Origin: a virus
IMG/VR virus record: IMGVR_UViG_3300008450_000004
Coordinates: 52,882 to 116,881 of that record
Length of the DNA: 64,000 bases
Reading direction: 5' to 3' (one strand)
Position numbers and translations under genes: made by a program. Shown here piece after piece: positions 49,796 through 61,197 of the stretch. The notes under the pieces are model-generated. The model saw nothing but the letters and a program-made list of their open reading frames with translations. It ran no database searches and was not told the DNA's origin. Position 1 is the stretch's first letter. Every line of letters begins with the position of its first letter.

Positions 49796-50137
49796 ATGAA
49801 TGTAAAAACATTTAAAAATTTAATAAAAGAAGCGGTAGCTGAAGCAGTTCGCGAAGAGTTACATGCTATTCTAAATGAAAGTAAACCAACAAAATCATTA
49901 CAAGAAAATAAAACATTTAATTTTACTAGTAATGATGTATCAACTGTAGGTGACGTAAGAGCTCAACTAAGAAACAAAATGGGAACTATGTTTGGTTTTG
50001 AACAACCTACTATATCTAATAATGGAGTACCATTAGTTGTCGATTCAGCTAATGAAAACCCATTTGCTAACTTTATAATGGATGCTGCTCTTAACATGAC
50101 GGCTCAAGATAAAGCAGGATTAAACAATTTAGGATAA
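49796..50137 (+). CDS. hypothetical protein with LIKEAV..VREE..ILNE leader
   Basis: ORF after a late-type motif. Confidence 0.55.
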   Translation: MNVKTFKNLIKEAVAEAVREELHAILNESKPTKSLQENKTFNFTSNDVSTVGDVRAQLRNKMGTMFGFEQPTISNNGVPLVVDSANENPFANFIMDAALNMTAQDKAGLNNLG

Positions 50138-50138
50138 A

Positions 50139-50549
50139 ATGCCAATACCTCAAGTAACACGTGTAAATCCTTTAGATTTGCAAAAAAATATTGCAATTGG
50201 GATATCTTTACCATTTAACGGACCTGGAGTATTTAATGAAACACATAGTACTAAAGAACAAACAAAATCTAATGTTATTAATCTTTTACTTACAAATAAA
50301 AAAGAAAGAATAATGAATCCTGATTTTGGAGCCGATATTAAAGATTTATTATTTGAAGGAATGACAGAAAATCTTAAAAATATTATTCAAGATAGAATAG
50401 CTACTTCATTTTCAACTTATATTCCACAAGCAAGTCTAGATAAAGTTGATGTAGTTTTTAGTGAAGATACTAATACTATAAATATAACAGTCAATTATAC
50501 ATTAAATATTTCAGGTACTCCAGATCAAGTTACTATAGAATTTCAATAA
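50139..50549 (+). CDS. baseplate wedge gp25-like protein
   Basis: NLLLTNKKERIMNPDFGADI..LLFE. Confidence 0.88.
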   Translation: MPIPQVTRVNPLDLQKNIAIGISLPFNGPGVFNETHSTKEQTKSNVINLLLTNKKERIMNPDFGADIKDLLFEGMTENLKNIIQDRIATSFSTYIPQASLDKVDVVFSEDTNTINITVNYTLNISGTPDQVTIEFQ

Positions 50550-50551
50550 AA

Positions 50552-52375
50552 ATGGCAAATAACGTATCATATATAAATAAAAGTTTTAGTGATTTTAAAT
50601 CAAATCTAATAAATTATGCTAAAACATATTTTCCTAACACATATAACGATTTTTCGGATGCCTCTCCAGGTAATATGTTTATTGAATTAGCTTCTTATGT
50701 AGGTGATGTAATGTCATTTTATTTAGATACTCAAATTCAAGAAAATTTTTTATTATACGCTAAAGAAAAAGAAAATTTATATGCTATGTCTTATGTTATG
50801 GGATATAGACCTAAAGCATCTTATGCTGCATCTGTTGACTTAGATATATATCAAATAATGCCCTCTACAATAAATGTAGTAACAGGTGAAACAATACCTA
50901 ATAATGTAATATATGGTTTAATAGTTCCCGCTAATACTAATATAGTTTCAACATCCACCGGAGAAAATTTTATAACAACAGATGTTGTAGATTTTACAGA
51001 TTTATCAGGAGCTGAGGTAAATTTTATAGATAGTAACTTTTTTTTAATTAAAAAAACAATTAAAGCTATATCAGCTGAAATAAAAACATCTACTTTTACT
51101 TTTACTACTCCACAAAAATTTCAAACTATTACTTTAAATGATACTAATATATTACAAATTTTAGATATAACAGGAAGCGATAGTAACCAATGGTATGAAG
51201 TACCTTATTTAGCTCAAGGAACCATATATCAAAAAACAACTAATACAAATTCTGACTCTTCTCAAGTACCTTATTTATTACAATTACAAAGAACTCCAAG
51301 AAGATTTGTATCTAGATTATTATCTAATAATACACTACAATTAGAATTTGGTGCTGGAGTATCTAATACTTCAGATACTAATATTATTCCTACTCCAGAT
51401 AATATTCAATTAGGATTAGTTCCAGGAATTTCAGATTTATCTAATAATTATAATAAAGCATCCGTATTTTTTACTAGAGAGTATGGATTAGCTCCCTCTA
51501 ATACAACACTACAAGTTAGATATTTAGTTGGGGGAGGTATATTATCTAATGTACCATCAAACGATTTAACACGAATAGACACATCTGGAATATATTTTAA
51601 AAATGGAACTCCACCTGGTATAGGTTTACCTACTCAAGTATTACAAAGTGTAGTTAGTAATAATCCTATTCCTGCTACGGGAGGTAGAGACGGAGATCAA
51701 GTTGAAGAAGTTAGAAATAATGCGTTATATGCTTATTCGTCTCAAATGAGAGCTGTAACTAAAACAGATTATATAGTAAGAGCATTATCTTTACCATCAG
51801 AATATGGAAGTATTGCTAAAGTATATGCAACTCAACCATTAGCTTCAGATAACAGTAGTAAAACTTCTAATACATTAGCATTAGATATGTATATTTTAGC
51901 ATATAATTCTAGTAAACAATTAATCAATGCTACTAATAATTTAAAAAATAATTTATCTACTTATATTAATGAATATAAAATAGCTACAGATGCTATTAAC
52001 ATTAAAGATGCATTTTATATTAATATAGGTATTAATTTTGATATTACTACTGCTGTTGGGTTTAATAATAATGAAGTAATTAGTAATTGTATATTGTCTT
52101 TAAAAGATTATTTTGATATAAATAAATGGCAAATAAATCAACCTATTATATTATCTGATATAACATCTAAACTATTAAAAATAAAAGGAGTACAATCAGT
52201 AGTAAAGATTGAAATAATAAATAAACAAGATTCAACTGGAAATACTTATTCTTTATATGGTTATGATATTTTAGGAGCTACTAGTAATGGAGTTATTTAT
52301 CCTTCATTAGATCCTTCTATTTTTGAAGTTAGATATCCTAATACTGATATTTCCGGGAGGGTAGTTGTTTTTTAA
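50552..52375 (+). CDS. baseplate wedge gp6-like protein
   Basis: YINKSFSDFK, FIELASYVGD, GGRDGD, QMRAVTKTDY. Confidence 0.88.
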   Translation: MANNVSYINKSFSDFKSNLINYAKTYFPNTYNDFSDASPGNMFIELASYVGDVMSFYLDTQIQENFLLYAKEKENLYAMSYVMGYRPKASYAASVDLDIYQIMPSTINVVTGETIPNNVIYGLIVPANTNIVSTSTGENFITTDVVDFTDLSGAEVNFIDSNFFLIKKTIKAISAEIKTSTFTFTTPQKFQTITLNDTNILQILDITGSDSNQWYEVPYLAQGTIYQKTTNTNSDSSQVPYLLQLQRTPRRFVSRLLSNNTLQLEFGAGVSNTSDTNIIPTPDNIQLGLVPGISDLSNNYNKASVFFTREYGLAPSNTTLQVRYLVGGGILSNVPSNDLTRIDTSGIYFKNGTPPGIGLPTQVLQSVVSNNPIPATGGRDGDQVEEVRNNALYAYSSQMRAVTKTDYIVRALSLPSEYGSIAKVYATQPLASDNSSKTSNTLALDMYILAYNSSKQLINATNNLKNNLSTYINEYKIATDAINIKDAFYINIGINFDITTAVGFNNNEVISNCILSLKDYFDINKWQINQPIILSDITSKLLKIKGVQSVVKIEIINKQDSTGNTYSLYGYDILGATSNGVIYPSLDPSIFEVRYPNTDISGRVVVF

Positions 52376-52404
52376 TATATTTATTATAAAGTAAAAATAT
52401 AATT

Positions 52405-52995
52405 ATGACATTTACAAGAGAACAAATTGAAGCAGCAGTTAAATTAAAAGGATATGTTTGGTTTGAAGGTGCAAAAGACTACGATTTAAATATTGTTGGA
52501 GTTAGAAACTCGGCAACTGGTAACAAAGTTACTAATGTTTTTGATGATACTATGACAGTGTCTTATAAACTAAATGGACAGTGGGTTTTTAAACAATGGA
52601 TGTGTACAACTGACCCCGGTACTAAAGGTGTTAAAGAATTTCATAACGCAGCTGGGGTTGCTCGTTTAGTAGAAGGACAATACAGAGGTTCACATTCTAT
52701 CGGATTACATCAGGGTAAATATGAAGCTTTAAAACAAGCTAAACCCGTTAAGGTATATCGTGATGCTAATAAAGACATGACCTATGATGAAAGTAAAACC
52801 GAAACTGGTGTTTTTGGTATTAATATTCATAAAGCGGGTGCTGATTCAACTTATGTTGAAAATTGGTCAGAAGGATGTCAAGTATTTAAAAAATCTGCTG
52901 ATTTTGATTCATTCATGATAATCGCTAAAGAAGCAGCAAAAATACATGGCGCTTCGTTTACTTATACATTAATTGAAAGTGCTGATATAAAATAG
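52405..52995 (+). CDS. L,D-transpeptidase-like cell-wall enzyme (possible lysin)
   Basis: GINIHKAG...WSEGCQV His/Cys motif. Confidence 0.6.
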   Translation: MTFTREQIEAAVKLKGYVWFEGAKDYDLNIVGVRNSATGNKVTNVFDDTMTVSYKLNGQWVFKQWMCTTDPGTKGVKEFHNAAGVARLVEGQYRGSHSIGLHQGKYEALKQAKPVKVYRDANKDMTYDESKTETGVFGINIHKAGADSTYVENWSEGCQVFKKSADFDSFMIIAKEAAKIHGASFTYTLIESADIK

Positions 52996-53227
52996 TGAGA
53001 GGAGCTTCAGACATAACTAAGTTGAAATTTGAGTATAATAATAAAAAAATAGTACCTATTTCAACTTGGTTATCTGAACTTAATATTATTTATATAAAAT
53101 TTCAAAAAACAGATAATACAACAATAAACATTGCTTATAATGATTTAACTAAATATATTAAATTAAATAATTAAGTTAAAATAGTAAAAATATATAATTA
53201 CCATATTTATATGTATAAACTATATCT

Positions 53228-54316
53228 ATGGCAATTTATAAAATATTCCCAGAAAAAAGCGCTACTTTATATTCATATTCCTCTAGTCTTAATTCAGGAT
53301 TAGATGAAATACTAGAATTAAGCACATTTTACACAGTGACTAATGAAGTATCACGTGTATTATTAAAATTTCCACAAAGTGAAATCACAGATATAATAAA
53401 TAATAAAGTATCAGGAAGTACTTATGATGCTTATTTAAAGTTATATTTAGCTAATGCTACTGAAATTCCATTAGATTACACTATATTTAGTCACCCTATA
53501 TCAGGAAGTTGGAATATGGGTACAGGAAGAGCAACTAATTTGCCTATTACAACAGACGGAGTTAGTTGGAAATTTAAAGATCAATTAAGTGGTAGTGCAT
53601 GGACAACAGGAACATTTCCAGGAAATACAACCGGATCATATACTGGTTCAAATGTTGGTGGTGGTGTGTGGAACATTACTGCTTCTTATGCTTCTAGTCA
53701 ATCATTCACTTATATAACTCCAAAAGATATTGAGTTAAAAGTTACAAATGTTGTGTCCGCCTGGAACAGTGGTTCCATTAGCAATGATGGATTTATATTA
53801 AAACATAGCTCATCATTAGAATTTACATCAGCCTCTAAATTTGAATTAAAATATTTTTCAGGTAATACTCATACTATATATCCCCCATGTCTAGAAATTA
53901 GGTGGAATGATTCTATTTATAATAGTTCTTTAACTCAAGTAACATCCGATTTAATAGTAGCTACTATAACAAATAATCAAAGCAAATATCAACAAGATTC
54001 AGTACAACGTTTTAGAGTAAATATAAGAGATAAATATCCTACTAGGATTTTCCAAACTGCTTCATTATATTTAAATAATAAAATATTACCCTCTTCTTCA
54101 TATTGGTCAATAAAAGATTTAGATACTGAGGAAATTGTTATAGATTTTGACACTAATTATACAAAGATAAGTGCCGATTCACAAGGTAATTATTTTGATG
54201 TATATCTATCAGGGATGCAACCCGAAAGATATTATCAAATTTTAATTAAAACCATATTAAGTAATGGTGAGGTATTAATATTTAATGATAATTATTATTT
54301 TAAAGTAGTAAGATAA
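53228..54316 (+). CDS. virion structural protein (DNRLRE-like)
   Basis: SRVLLKF, LKLYL, WNMGTG, NDGFILK, YPPCLEIRW. Confidence 0.55.
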   Translation: MAIYKIFPEKSATLYSYSSSLNSGLDEILELSTFYTVTNEVSRVLLKFPQSEITDIINNKVSGSTYDAYLKLYLANATEIPLDYTIFSHPISGSWNMGTGRATNLPITTDGVSWKFKDQLSGSAWTTGTFPGNTTGSYTGSNVGGGVWNITASYASSQSFTYITPKDIELKVTNVVSAWNSGSISNDGFILKHSSSLEFTSASKFELKYFSGNTHTIYPPCLEIRWNDSIYNSSLTQVTSDLIVATITNNQSKYQQDSVQRFRVNIRDKYPTRIFQTASLYLNNKILPSSSYWSIKDLDTEEIVIDFDTNYTKISADSQGNYFDVYLSGMQPERYYQILIKTILSNGEVLIFNDNYYFKVVR

Positions 54317-54660
54317 TGTCAAAAATAGCTATACAAAAACGAATATTTGATAAAAATAATTTCCCTAAAGTAGTAGACACTCAGTTTTCTCAATTGATTA
54401 ATACCACACAAGGAGAAGATACTCTTAGTTTTACTTTAGAGGATTTTTTTACATTATATGAACAACTATTTTTTCAAATTCCTAAAGAAGGAGATACTAA
54501 TTCTCATAGATATATTCTAGAAAAAGAAGCAGAATATTTAGGAATTAATTTAAATACAGATGATATTCAAGCTTTGTTATCCGAAATAACTACATTAAGA
54601 CAAGAAATATTAACAACACAACAAACAATAAAAACATTAACTTCAGGTTCAAATGGCTAA
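54316..54660 (+). CDS. structural-module protein
   Basis: context. Confidence 0.5.
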   Translation: MSKIAIQKRIFDKNNFPKVVDTQFSQLINTTQGEDTLSFTLEDFFTLYEQLFFQIPKEGDTNSHRYILEKEAEYLGINLNTDDIQALLSEITTLRQEILTTQQTIKTLTSGSNG

Positions 54661-57600
54661 TAATATTCAAATAGTAGGAAATATAATAGATACTAATGTT
54701 GTTAGTAGATATTCGTTAGATGATATTAGGTTAATAGGAACAAATGAAATTCAAAATTATTTTGACCCTAATACAGACTATGTAGAATATTTTATATACG
54801 ATATTAGTGGAGTTTCTTTATTAGGATTAGATTATTCTTATCAAAATTTTAAACTTCCCGTAGATTCGGGTTTAACTCCATCTGTTATTCCTGCTCCTAA
54901 TATACAAAATCAAATAACTAATAGTGATTTAGGAACATTAAATTATAACACACCAAGTACAGGTTCATCGTTTACCTCTATTGAAATTGACCCTATAAAA
55001 GATCTACAAAACTCAGGGTATAGTTCAGGTGAGTTTAAAATACAATATAATTTCTTTAAAAATAAAGCAGGTTCGCCAAATGATACATTCTTTTTAAAAA
55101 GAATATCAGCTGACCGAACAGAAATTAGTATAGCTTCTACTTCTAAATCAAATGATGAAATAGAAAACATTGCTAATAATTTAATAAATGAAATAAATTC
55201 ATCTTTTTATTTTGTTAATTATCTTGTTAATTTTGGTTTAAATACTCAAATAATAACAGTAAACGTAGCTTTAGATAAAATAAATTCTGGATATGAAATA
55301 TTATTTAAACTTTACAATCCATTACCAGATAATATTATTGAAAAAGCAGATTTATGGGTAGTTGAAGAAAAAGTAAACCCATATATTTTTAACATTAATT
55401 TAGATACTTTAGTTTTACCTCCGGCACCATTAATGCTAAAAGGAGCTAATTTTAATATTCCTGTTTCTAAAGAAATAAATACTATATCTACTCAATATAC
55501 TGGGTATAATGATTTATTTTCATCCTTACAACTTACTCAATCTAATACTTATAATAAATTATCAAATACATTAACTTCAAATAGTATTAATATTAATGTT
55601 GATTATACTGATTATAATAATTTTAGTTTTTTTGGTTCTGTAGAACAACGATTAAATGGATTTTACAATAAAGTAAAAGATATAGAAGACTATAATAATA
55701 CTATTTTAAATTATTCGTCTAGTGCTTCTTTTAATCCTTATCTTAAATTAGAAATTAACAAATACTCAGCTAGTATAAATAATATTATTTCTAATTTCGA
55801 TGGATATGAAACATATCTTTATTTTGAATCTACCTCATATGCTTGGCCTAAATCAACTTCAACATTACCCTATACTTTATTTCCGACAGGATCAACGTCT
55901 GCTTCGGTATGGTTTGCTAATAATACTATTTCTGCTTCTACATATGATGAGTTAAATTCAAATAATTTAATTAATGGAATACCAACATATTTAAGAGATG
56001 ATCCTAATAATAACCAATATTTACTTTTTTTAAATATGATAGGTCATTATTTTGATAATATATGGATTTTATTAAAATCAGTAACCGATATTAATTTAGC
56101 TAATAATAATTCAAATAAAGGAATATCTAATGATTTAGTTTATCAAATTTTAAAATCATTTGGAATAGAATTATTTAATAGTAATGAAGGTAATAATATA
56201 GAACAATACTTAGTAGGTAATAATACAGGTAGTTTTACATATAGTGGATCATTAACTGACTTTTCAGCTACTAGTAGTTATTTAAATAATATTCCTAAAA
56301 AAGATTTAACATATGAATTATATAAACGAATATATCATAATTTACCTTTATTAGTTAAAACTAAAGGAACAACAACAGGTTTACAAAATATTGTAACTAT
56401 GTTTGGTATTACTAGTAGTATTTTAAATGTTAAAGAATATGGAGGAGAATTAAAAACTGAATATTTAAAAGGATATAGTACAAACAAGGTTAGAGTTTTA
56501 GACATAATAAGTACAGGAAGTGTTTTATCTCCTTTAACTACTATTCAACAAAACCCAACATCATCTGCAGATTATTTAGATAATGATTTACAATTTGTAG
56601 ATATATCGTTTTCACCCCAAACACAAATAGATTTATATATTTCTCAATCTATATCTTCTGTTAATACATCCTGGGATATGGATGAATATATAGGAGATCC
56701 TAGACAACAATATTATAGTAATTATCCTAATTTAGATATTCAACGTAAAATATATTTTGAACAAGGAACAGGTTCATATTCTGGATTTGTTTCATCTTAT
56801 TTAGATTATAATGGGTTTATACGTCTAATCCAGTTTTTTGATAATTCATTATTTAAAACATTAGAAAGTTTCACACCAGCTCGTGCAAGTCTATCTACAG
56901 GTATTACAATTAATTCACCTGTTTTAGAAAGAAATAAATTTGCCTATGCTAATCCTACTACAAGTACAACAGAAAGCATACATGAAGGTGAAATTAATAG
57001 TGGAAGTATAGGATCAGAATATGGATTTTTATATAATAATCTATCAGATGATAAAGTAGCATATTATAATGGAGAAATAAGTGGTAGTGAAGTTAATTTA
57101 TATAATACTTATTTTATACCAAGTAACGAAAATCCATATTTAATAGATATAGATGTTTGGAATTCACAACATAATATTACAGAAAGTATAAGTCTTGAAA
57201 AATTTAACTTATCTGATCATAATGTATTATTTAATAATGTGTCTAGTAGTGTAACATCTAGTACTAGAAGAATAATAGAAAATCCTGGTCTACCTGATAT
57301 TGTTTTGGAACAAAAAACAAGCTCTATATCGTCATCAGCTGAATTACAAGATTCATATTTATCTTTAACTTCATATAAAAATTCTAGGTATGATGGTAGC
57401 AAAATAATATCTTCTAAATATAATGAATTTACATCAGGTGATTCAGGTTCTTTTGGTAAAACATCAGCTATAGATAAATTTCAAACATATTTTTTAACCT
57501 TTAAAGAAATTAGAGGTGCTTATCCTGAATTAGTAGGTAAATCTACATTATGGATTAATAGTTTAGTAGACAAAGACGGAAATCAATTAGCAACAACAGA

Positions 57601-58402
57601 TAACACCAGTTCGAATTATTATAATAATTTAATTGATAATTTTGGAAAAGATAGCGCTGTTAATTTACAAATAACTACATTTTTAACAGGTTCATCTCAA
57701 ATAGATTTAAATCAATCAACAACTGTTTATAGACCTGCTTTATTATGGCCTAAAGTTATACTAACTAATGAATCCGGAAGCCAAACAAATTTTGCTGGAC
57801 AAGGTACATTTATAAAAGAAAATATATATCTTATATATAACTTTGAAAACCCTAATTTTAATCAGATTCAAACATTATCACTAAAAATGTTTACGTCATC
57901 TTTATCTGACCCCAGATTATTAACCTGTAGTGCTGATTTATCTCCACTTTGGTTTGATGCTAATAAATCTAGTCCAACTAATTCTAGACAAGACAACACT
58001 AGAGCAGGAACTGGCGGATATGGTGGGTACGATCCAGCAATTAATTTTAATCTTAAACCAGGATATGAAATAAGATTTAATCAAGACGAAAATGAAGTAT
58101 ATACAATGACTAATATATACCAAAATTCTTCTGGACGTAATAACCCAGTATATATAACACTTGATAGAGATTTAAATTCAGCTTTACAAAGCTCAATGAG
58201 TCTCAGTACTCCAACCGGTTCTTTCCCTGGAGTATTAATTAGAGAAAATCAAATAGATCCATCTAAACTAGTGATAAATACTATTAAATCTGAATTAGTA
58301 GGAGGATCGCCAGGATATTTAACACCACAATATATGACACCTGAACTATCTACTAATTTAGATGGCGTTGTTAAAACTTTAAAAGAAAACGGAATATTAT
58401 AA
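54653..58402 (+). CDS. large baseplate/tail structural protein
   Basis: FLNMIGHYFD, YKRIYHNLP.LVKTKGT; Ser/Thr-rich. Confidence 0.6.
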   Translation: MANNIQIVGNIIDTNVVSRYSLDDIRLIGTNEIQNYFDPNTDYVEYFIYDISGVSLLGLDYSYQNFKLPVDSGLTPSVIPAPNIQNQITNSDLGTLNYNTPSTGSSFTSIEIDPIKDLQNSGYSSGEFKIQYNFFKNKAGSPNDTFFLKRISADRTEISIASTSKSNDEIENIANNLINEINSSFYFVNYLVNFGLNTQIITVNVALDKINSGYEILFKLYNPLPDNIIEKADLWVVEEKVNPYIFNINLDTLVLPPAPLMLKGANFNIPVSKEINTISTQYTGYNDLFSSLQLTQSNTYNKLSNTLTSNSININVDYTDYNNFSFFGSVEQRLNGFYNKVKDIEDYNNTILNYSSSASFNPYLKLEINKYSASINNIISNFDGYETYLYFESTSYAWPKSTSTLPYTLFPTGSTSASVWFANNTISASTYDELNSNNLINGIPTYLRDDPNNNQYLLFLNMIGHYFDNIWILLKSVTDINLANNNSNKGISNDLVYQILKSFGIELFNSNEGNNIEQYLVGNNTGSFTYSGSLTDFSATSSYLNNIPKKDLTYELYKRIYHNLPLLVKTKGTTTGLQNIVTMFGITSSILNVKEYGGELKTEYLKGYSTNKVRVLDIISTGSVLSPLTTIQQNPTSSADYLDNDLQFVDISFSPQTQIDLYISQSISSVNTSWDMDEYIGDPRQQYYSNYPNLDIQRKIYFEQGTGSYSGFVSSYLDYNGFIRLIQFFDNSLFKTLESFTPARASLSTGITINSPVLERNKFAYANPTTSTTESIHEGEINSGSIGSEYGFLYNNLSDDKVAYYNGEISGSEVNLYNTYFIPSNENPYLIDIDVWNSQHNITESISLEKFNLSDHNVLFNNVSSSVTSSTRRIIENPGLPDIVLEQKTSSISSSAELQDSYLSLTSYKNSRYDGSKIISSKYNEFTSGDSGSFGKTSAIDKFQTYFLTFKEIRGAYPELVGKSTLWINSLVDKDGNQLATTDNTSSNYYNNLIDNFGKDSAVNLQITTFLTGSSQIDLNQSTTVYRPALLWPKVILTNESGSQTNFAGQGTFIKENIYLIYNFENPNFNQIQTLSLKMFTSSLSDPRLLTCSADLSPLWFDANKSSPTNSRQDNTRAGTGGYGGYDPAINFNLKPGYEIRFNQDENEVYTMTNIYQNSSGRNNPVYITLDRDLNSALQSSMSLSTPTGSFPGVLIRENQIDPSKLVINTIKSELVGGSPGYLTPQYMTPELSTNLDGVVKTLKENGIL

Positions 58403-58429
58403 TATTTATAACAGTAAAATTAAACACAA

Positions 58430-59083
58430 ATGGCTATATTAAATCCTACAACTATAACAGTAGACGCAATTTTAACCACAAAAGGACGCCAATTATTAGC
58501 GCGTAATGATGGTTCATTTCAAATAACTCAATTTGCTTTAGCAGATGACGAAATTGATTATACATTATATAATCCTAATCACCCTTCAGGTTCAGCATAT
58601 TACGGACAAGCTATTGAAGCTACTCCTGTATTAGAAGCTATACCTAACGATACTCAGATGATGAGATATAAATTAGTAACACTTCCTCGTGGAACTGCTA
58701 AGTTACCTGTAATTAATATTGGATATAATAGTATTATTATTAAACAAGGATCATCATTAACTATTACTCCTCAAACATTAAATTATTTAGGAGCCACTAG
58801 TACTTTTGAAAGTAGTGGATATACCGTTATGGTAGCAGATGGAAGATTATTATCATCATTTCAAGGTACTGGTATAACAACAACGACTCCTAGTACTAAT
58901 TTAAACACAACAACAGGAGCTACATTATCTATAACTCAAATAGGAACCTCATTTAGCATTACAGGTACAACAATTAATACATTATACGGTACAACACTAA
59001 CATCATTAACTACAACTATTACAGTAATAGGTAGAGACAGTGGTGCTAGAATTACTATTCCTTTAGTTGTAAATAAAATTTAA
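58430..59083 (+). CDS. baseplate/tail protein
   Basis: DAILTTKGRQLLA, FALADDEIDY. Confidence 0.6.
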   Translation: MAILNPTTITVDAILTTKGRQLLARNDGSFQITQFALADDEIDYTLYNPNHPSGSAYYGQAIEATPVLEAIPNDTQMMRYKLVTLPRGTAKLPVINIGYNSIIIKQGSSLTITPQTLNYLGATSTFESSGYTVMVADGRLLSSFQGTGITTTTPSTNLNTTTGATLSITQIGTSFSITGTTINTLYGTTLTSLTTTITVIGRDSGARITIPLVVNKI

Positions 59084-59095
59084 AAACAATAAAAT

Positions 59096-60082
59096 ATGTC
59101 ATTTATAAGATACGCACAAGACGACTCAGTAGTAAGTTCAGAAACCGTAGTAAGAGGTTTATTTAGCGGTGATACCAATACATTATCTACATTTTTTACA
59201 GCAAGTAGTAATACAGAATATTACTTAAATGTATATGATTCTATTACCTCTAATCCTTCATCATCCGTTCAGTTTACTGTACAATACGGTAATTTATATG
59301 GATCTGGATCAGCTTTAATTAATTCATTAGTAACAAGTTCATCTCCTAGTCGTATTGTTTACGGACAATATAGAAATTTAGTTTATGGTACTGAAACTGT
59401 AAATTTTAGCTTTGATGGAATTACAACAGCCGAAGATATATATGTTATTAATTATTCAAGAGCTAGATATAAAGAATCATTACTTCCTGGGGCTTTAAAC
59501 ATAAAACTTAGATCAGGAAGTGCTCAAATATTATTAACAGACGATAGTAATGTATCTAGTACAGCTAATTTTATTGGTGAAAATAGATATTACAATATAG
59601 TTAGTGGTAGTGATGGATCCGCTTATACTTCAAGTGCATCTTCAATCTATTATGGGTTTGTGTTTCCTGATCTTAATATTGTAGTTTTGAAAGCAAGTGG
59701 TTCTAATTCAGTATCATCTTTTGTTGCTCCACTTGTAAAAACATTTGCTAATAACAATAATCAAGGAAAAATATATAATTCTATTTCAGCCTCAGGAGCA
59801 GCAGGAAATTCAATGACTGCTAAATCAGCAGAAACTGTATCTTCTCGTTACTTTTTTACACGAGTAAAAAACAATGAATTTAATTATACTACTAATCCTT
59901 CTATTATTGATTCAAACGGTAATTTACTTTATACTAGTTTAGTTAATAATCCACAAACCTATGTTACAACTGTAGGATTGTATAACGATAATAATGAATT
60001 ATTAGCTATAGCTAAATTATCTAAACCTTTAGTTAAAGACTTTACCAAAGAAGCATTAGTGAGGATTAAGCTCGACTATTAA
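59096..60082 (+). CDS. baseplate/tail-collar-like protein
   Basis: YVTTVGLYND..ELLAIAKLSKP. Confidence 0.6.
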   Translation: MSFIRYAQDDSVVSSETVVRGLFSGDTNTLSTFFTASSNTEYYLNVYDSITSNPSSSVQFTVQYGNLYGSGSALINSLVTSSSPSRIVYGQYRNLVYGTETVNFSFDGITTAEDIYVINYSRARYKESLLPGALNIKLRSGSAQILLTDDSNVSSTANFIGENRYYNIVSGSDGSAYTSSASSIYYGFVFPDLNIVVLKASGSNSVSSFVAPLVKTFANNNNQGKIYNSISASGAAGNSMTAKSAETVSSRYFFTRVKNNEFNYTTNPSIIDSNGNLLYTSLVNNPQTYVTTVGLYNDNNELLAIAKLSKPLVKDFTKEALVRIKLDY

Positions 60083-60177
60083 TTTTCTTACGGTTTTAAT
60101 TATAGCTTAATATTTATTATCGTATCTTTAGTAAAATAAAATATATCAAAACCCAGAAATAATAATTGATAAAATAA

Positions 60178-61197
60178 ATGGGAGCATTTAAACAACTCCA
60201 TACTTCGGATACTACTGTAATACCATATACAGCTAATAAGTTATGGTCATTTTCTTATAATAGTACTCCTAACGATGGGTACATTACCTATTATACAGGT
60301 ACTAATACTTTTTTTTCAATTGATGGATTAACTACAACTAATGGAGAATATCAATCTTTAGTTTATGCATTAACTAATCAACTTTATTATCAATCTTATA
60401 CTAGCTCACTAAATACACAATCATTAGCTACATCAGTATATTATGAATCAGCATCTTCACAAAGACCTACTTCATCTTATTACAAATATGAAGAAAAAAA
60501 TATAATAAAAAATTTCCCTTCAGGTTCTGGAGATAGAATAGGTTTATTAGGTATTAGTAGTGATTTATATGGTAATAATATTTTACCGTATAGTTTTAAA
60601 GTATCTTCATCTTTAATAATAATGATTGATGATGGTAATGGTAATTTATATGATGTTACTTATATTCCTACATTATATGTAGATGATTCATACGTAAATC
60701 CATATTATGCTCTATCTACAGGTTATATATCTTCTAGTTATCTTACTTCATCATATTTAATGGAAAATGGAAGTAATTTTACACCTATCCATATAGGTAA
60801 TATATTTTATGGACACGGAATGTGTGTTATAACAAATAATGACTATATTGATTTTTTAACTTCTCCTGTATTTCCTATTAATATTAAATTTCAAAATAAC
60901 TATAATATTTACGAAACTGAAGTAAAATGTATAGTTAAAGAAAGCGAATTTAATACTAGTTATAATCCTTCAATACAAAATGGAATAGTTACTAGCGCTA
61001 GTATATCTAGTTCTGTATTTTATTATAATGATGGAGTACTAAAAGATTTTGCTACAGGATCAGATTTTTCTCCTTATGTAACCTCTATCGGATTATATAA
61101 TGGAGATGATACTTTATTAGCTATAGCTAAATTAGCTAAACCTATTCTTATATCACCTAATACAGATATGACATTTATAGTTAAATATGATATTTAA
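60178..61197 (+). CDS. baseplate/tail-collar-like paralog
   Basis: YVTSIGLYN..TLLAIAKLAKP. Confidence 0.6.
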   Translation: MGAFKQLHTSDTTVIPYTANKLWSFSYNSTPNDGYITYYTGTNTFFSIDGLTTTNGEYQSLVYALTNQLYYQSYTSSLNTQSLATSVYYESASSQRPTSSYYKYEEKNIIKNFPSGSGDRIGLLGISSDLYGNNILPYSFKVSSSLIIMIDDGNGNLYDVTYIPTLYVDDSYVNPYYALSTGYISSSYLTSSYLMENGSNFTPIHIGNIFYGHGMCVITNNDYIDFLTSPVFPINIKFQNNYNIYETEVKCIVKESEFNTSYNPSIQNGIVTSASISSSVFYYNDGVLKDFATGSDFSPYVTSIGLYNGDDTLLAIAKLAKPILISPNTDMTFIVKYDI

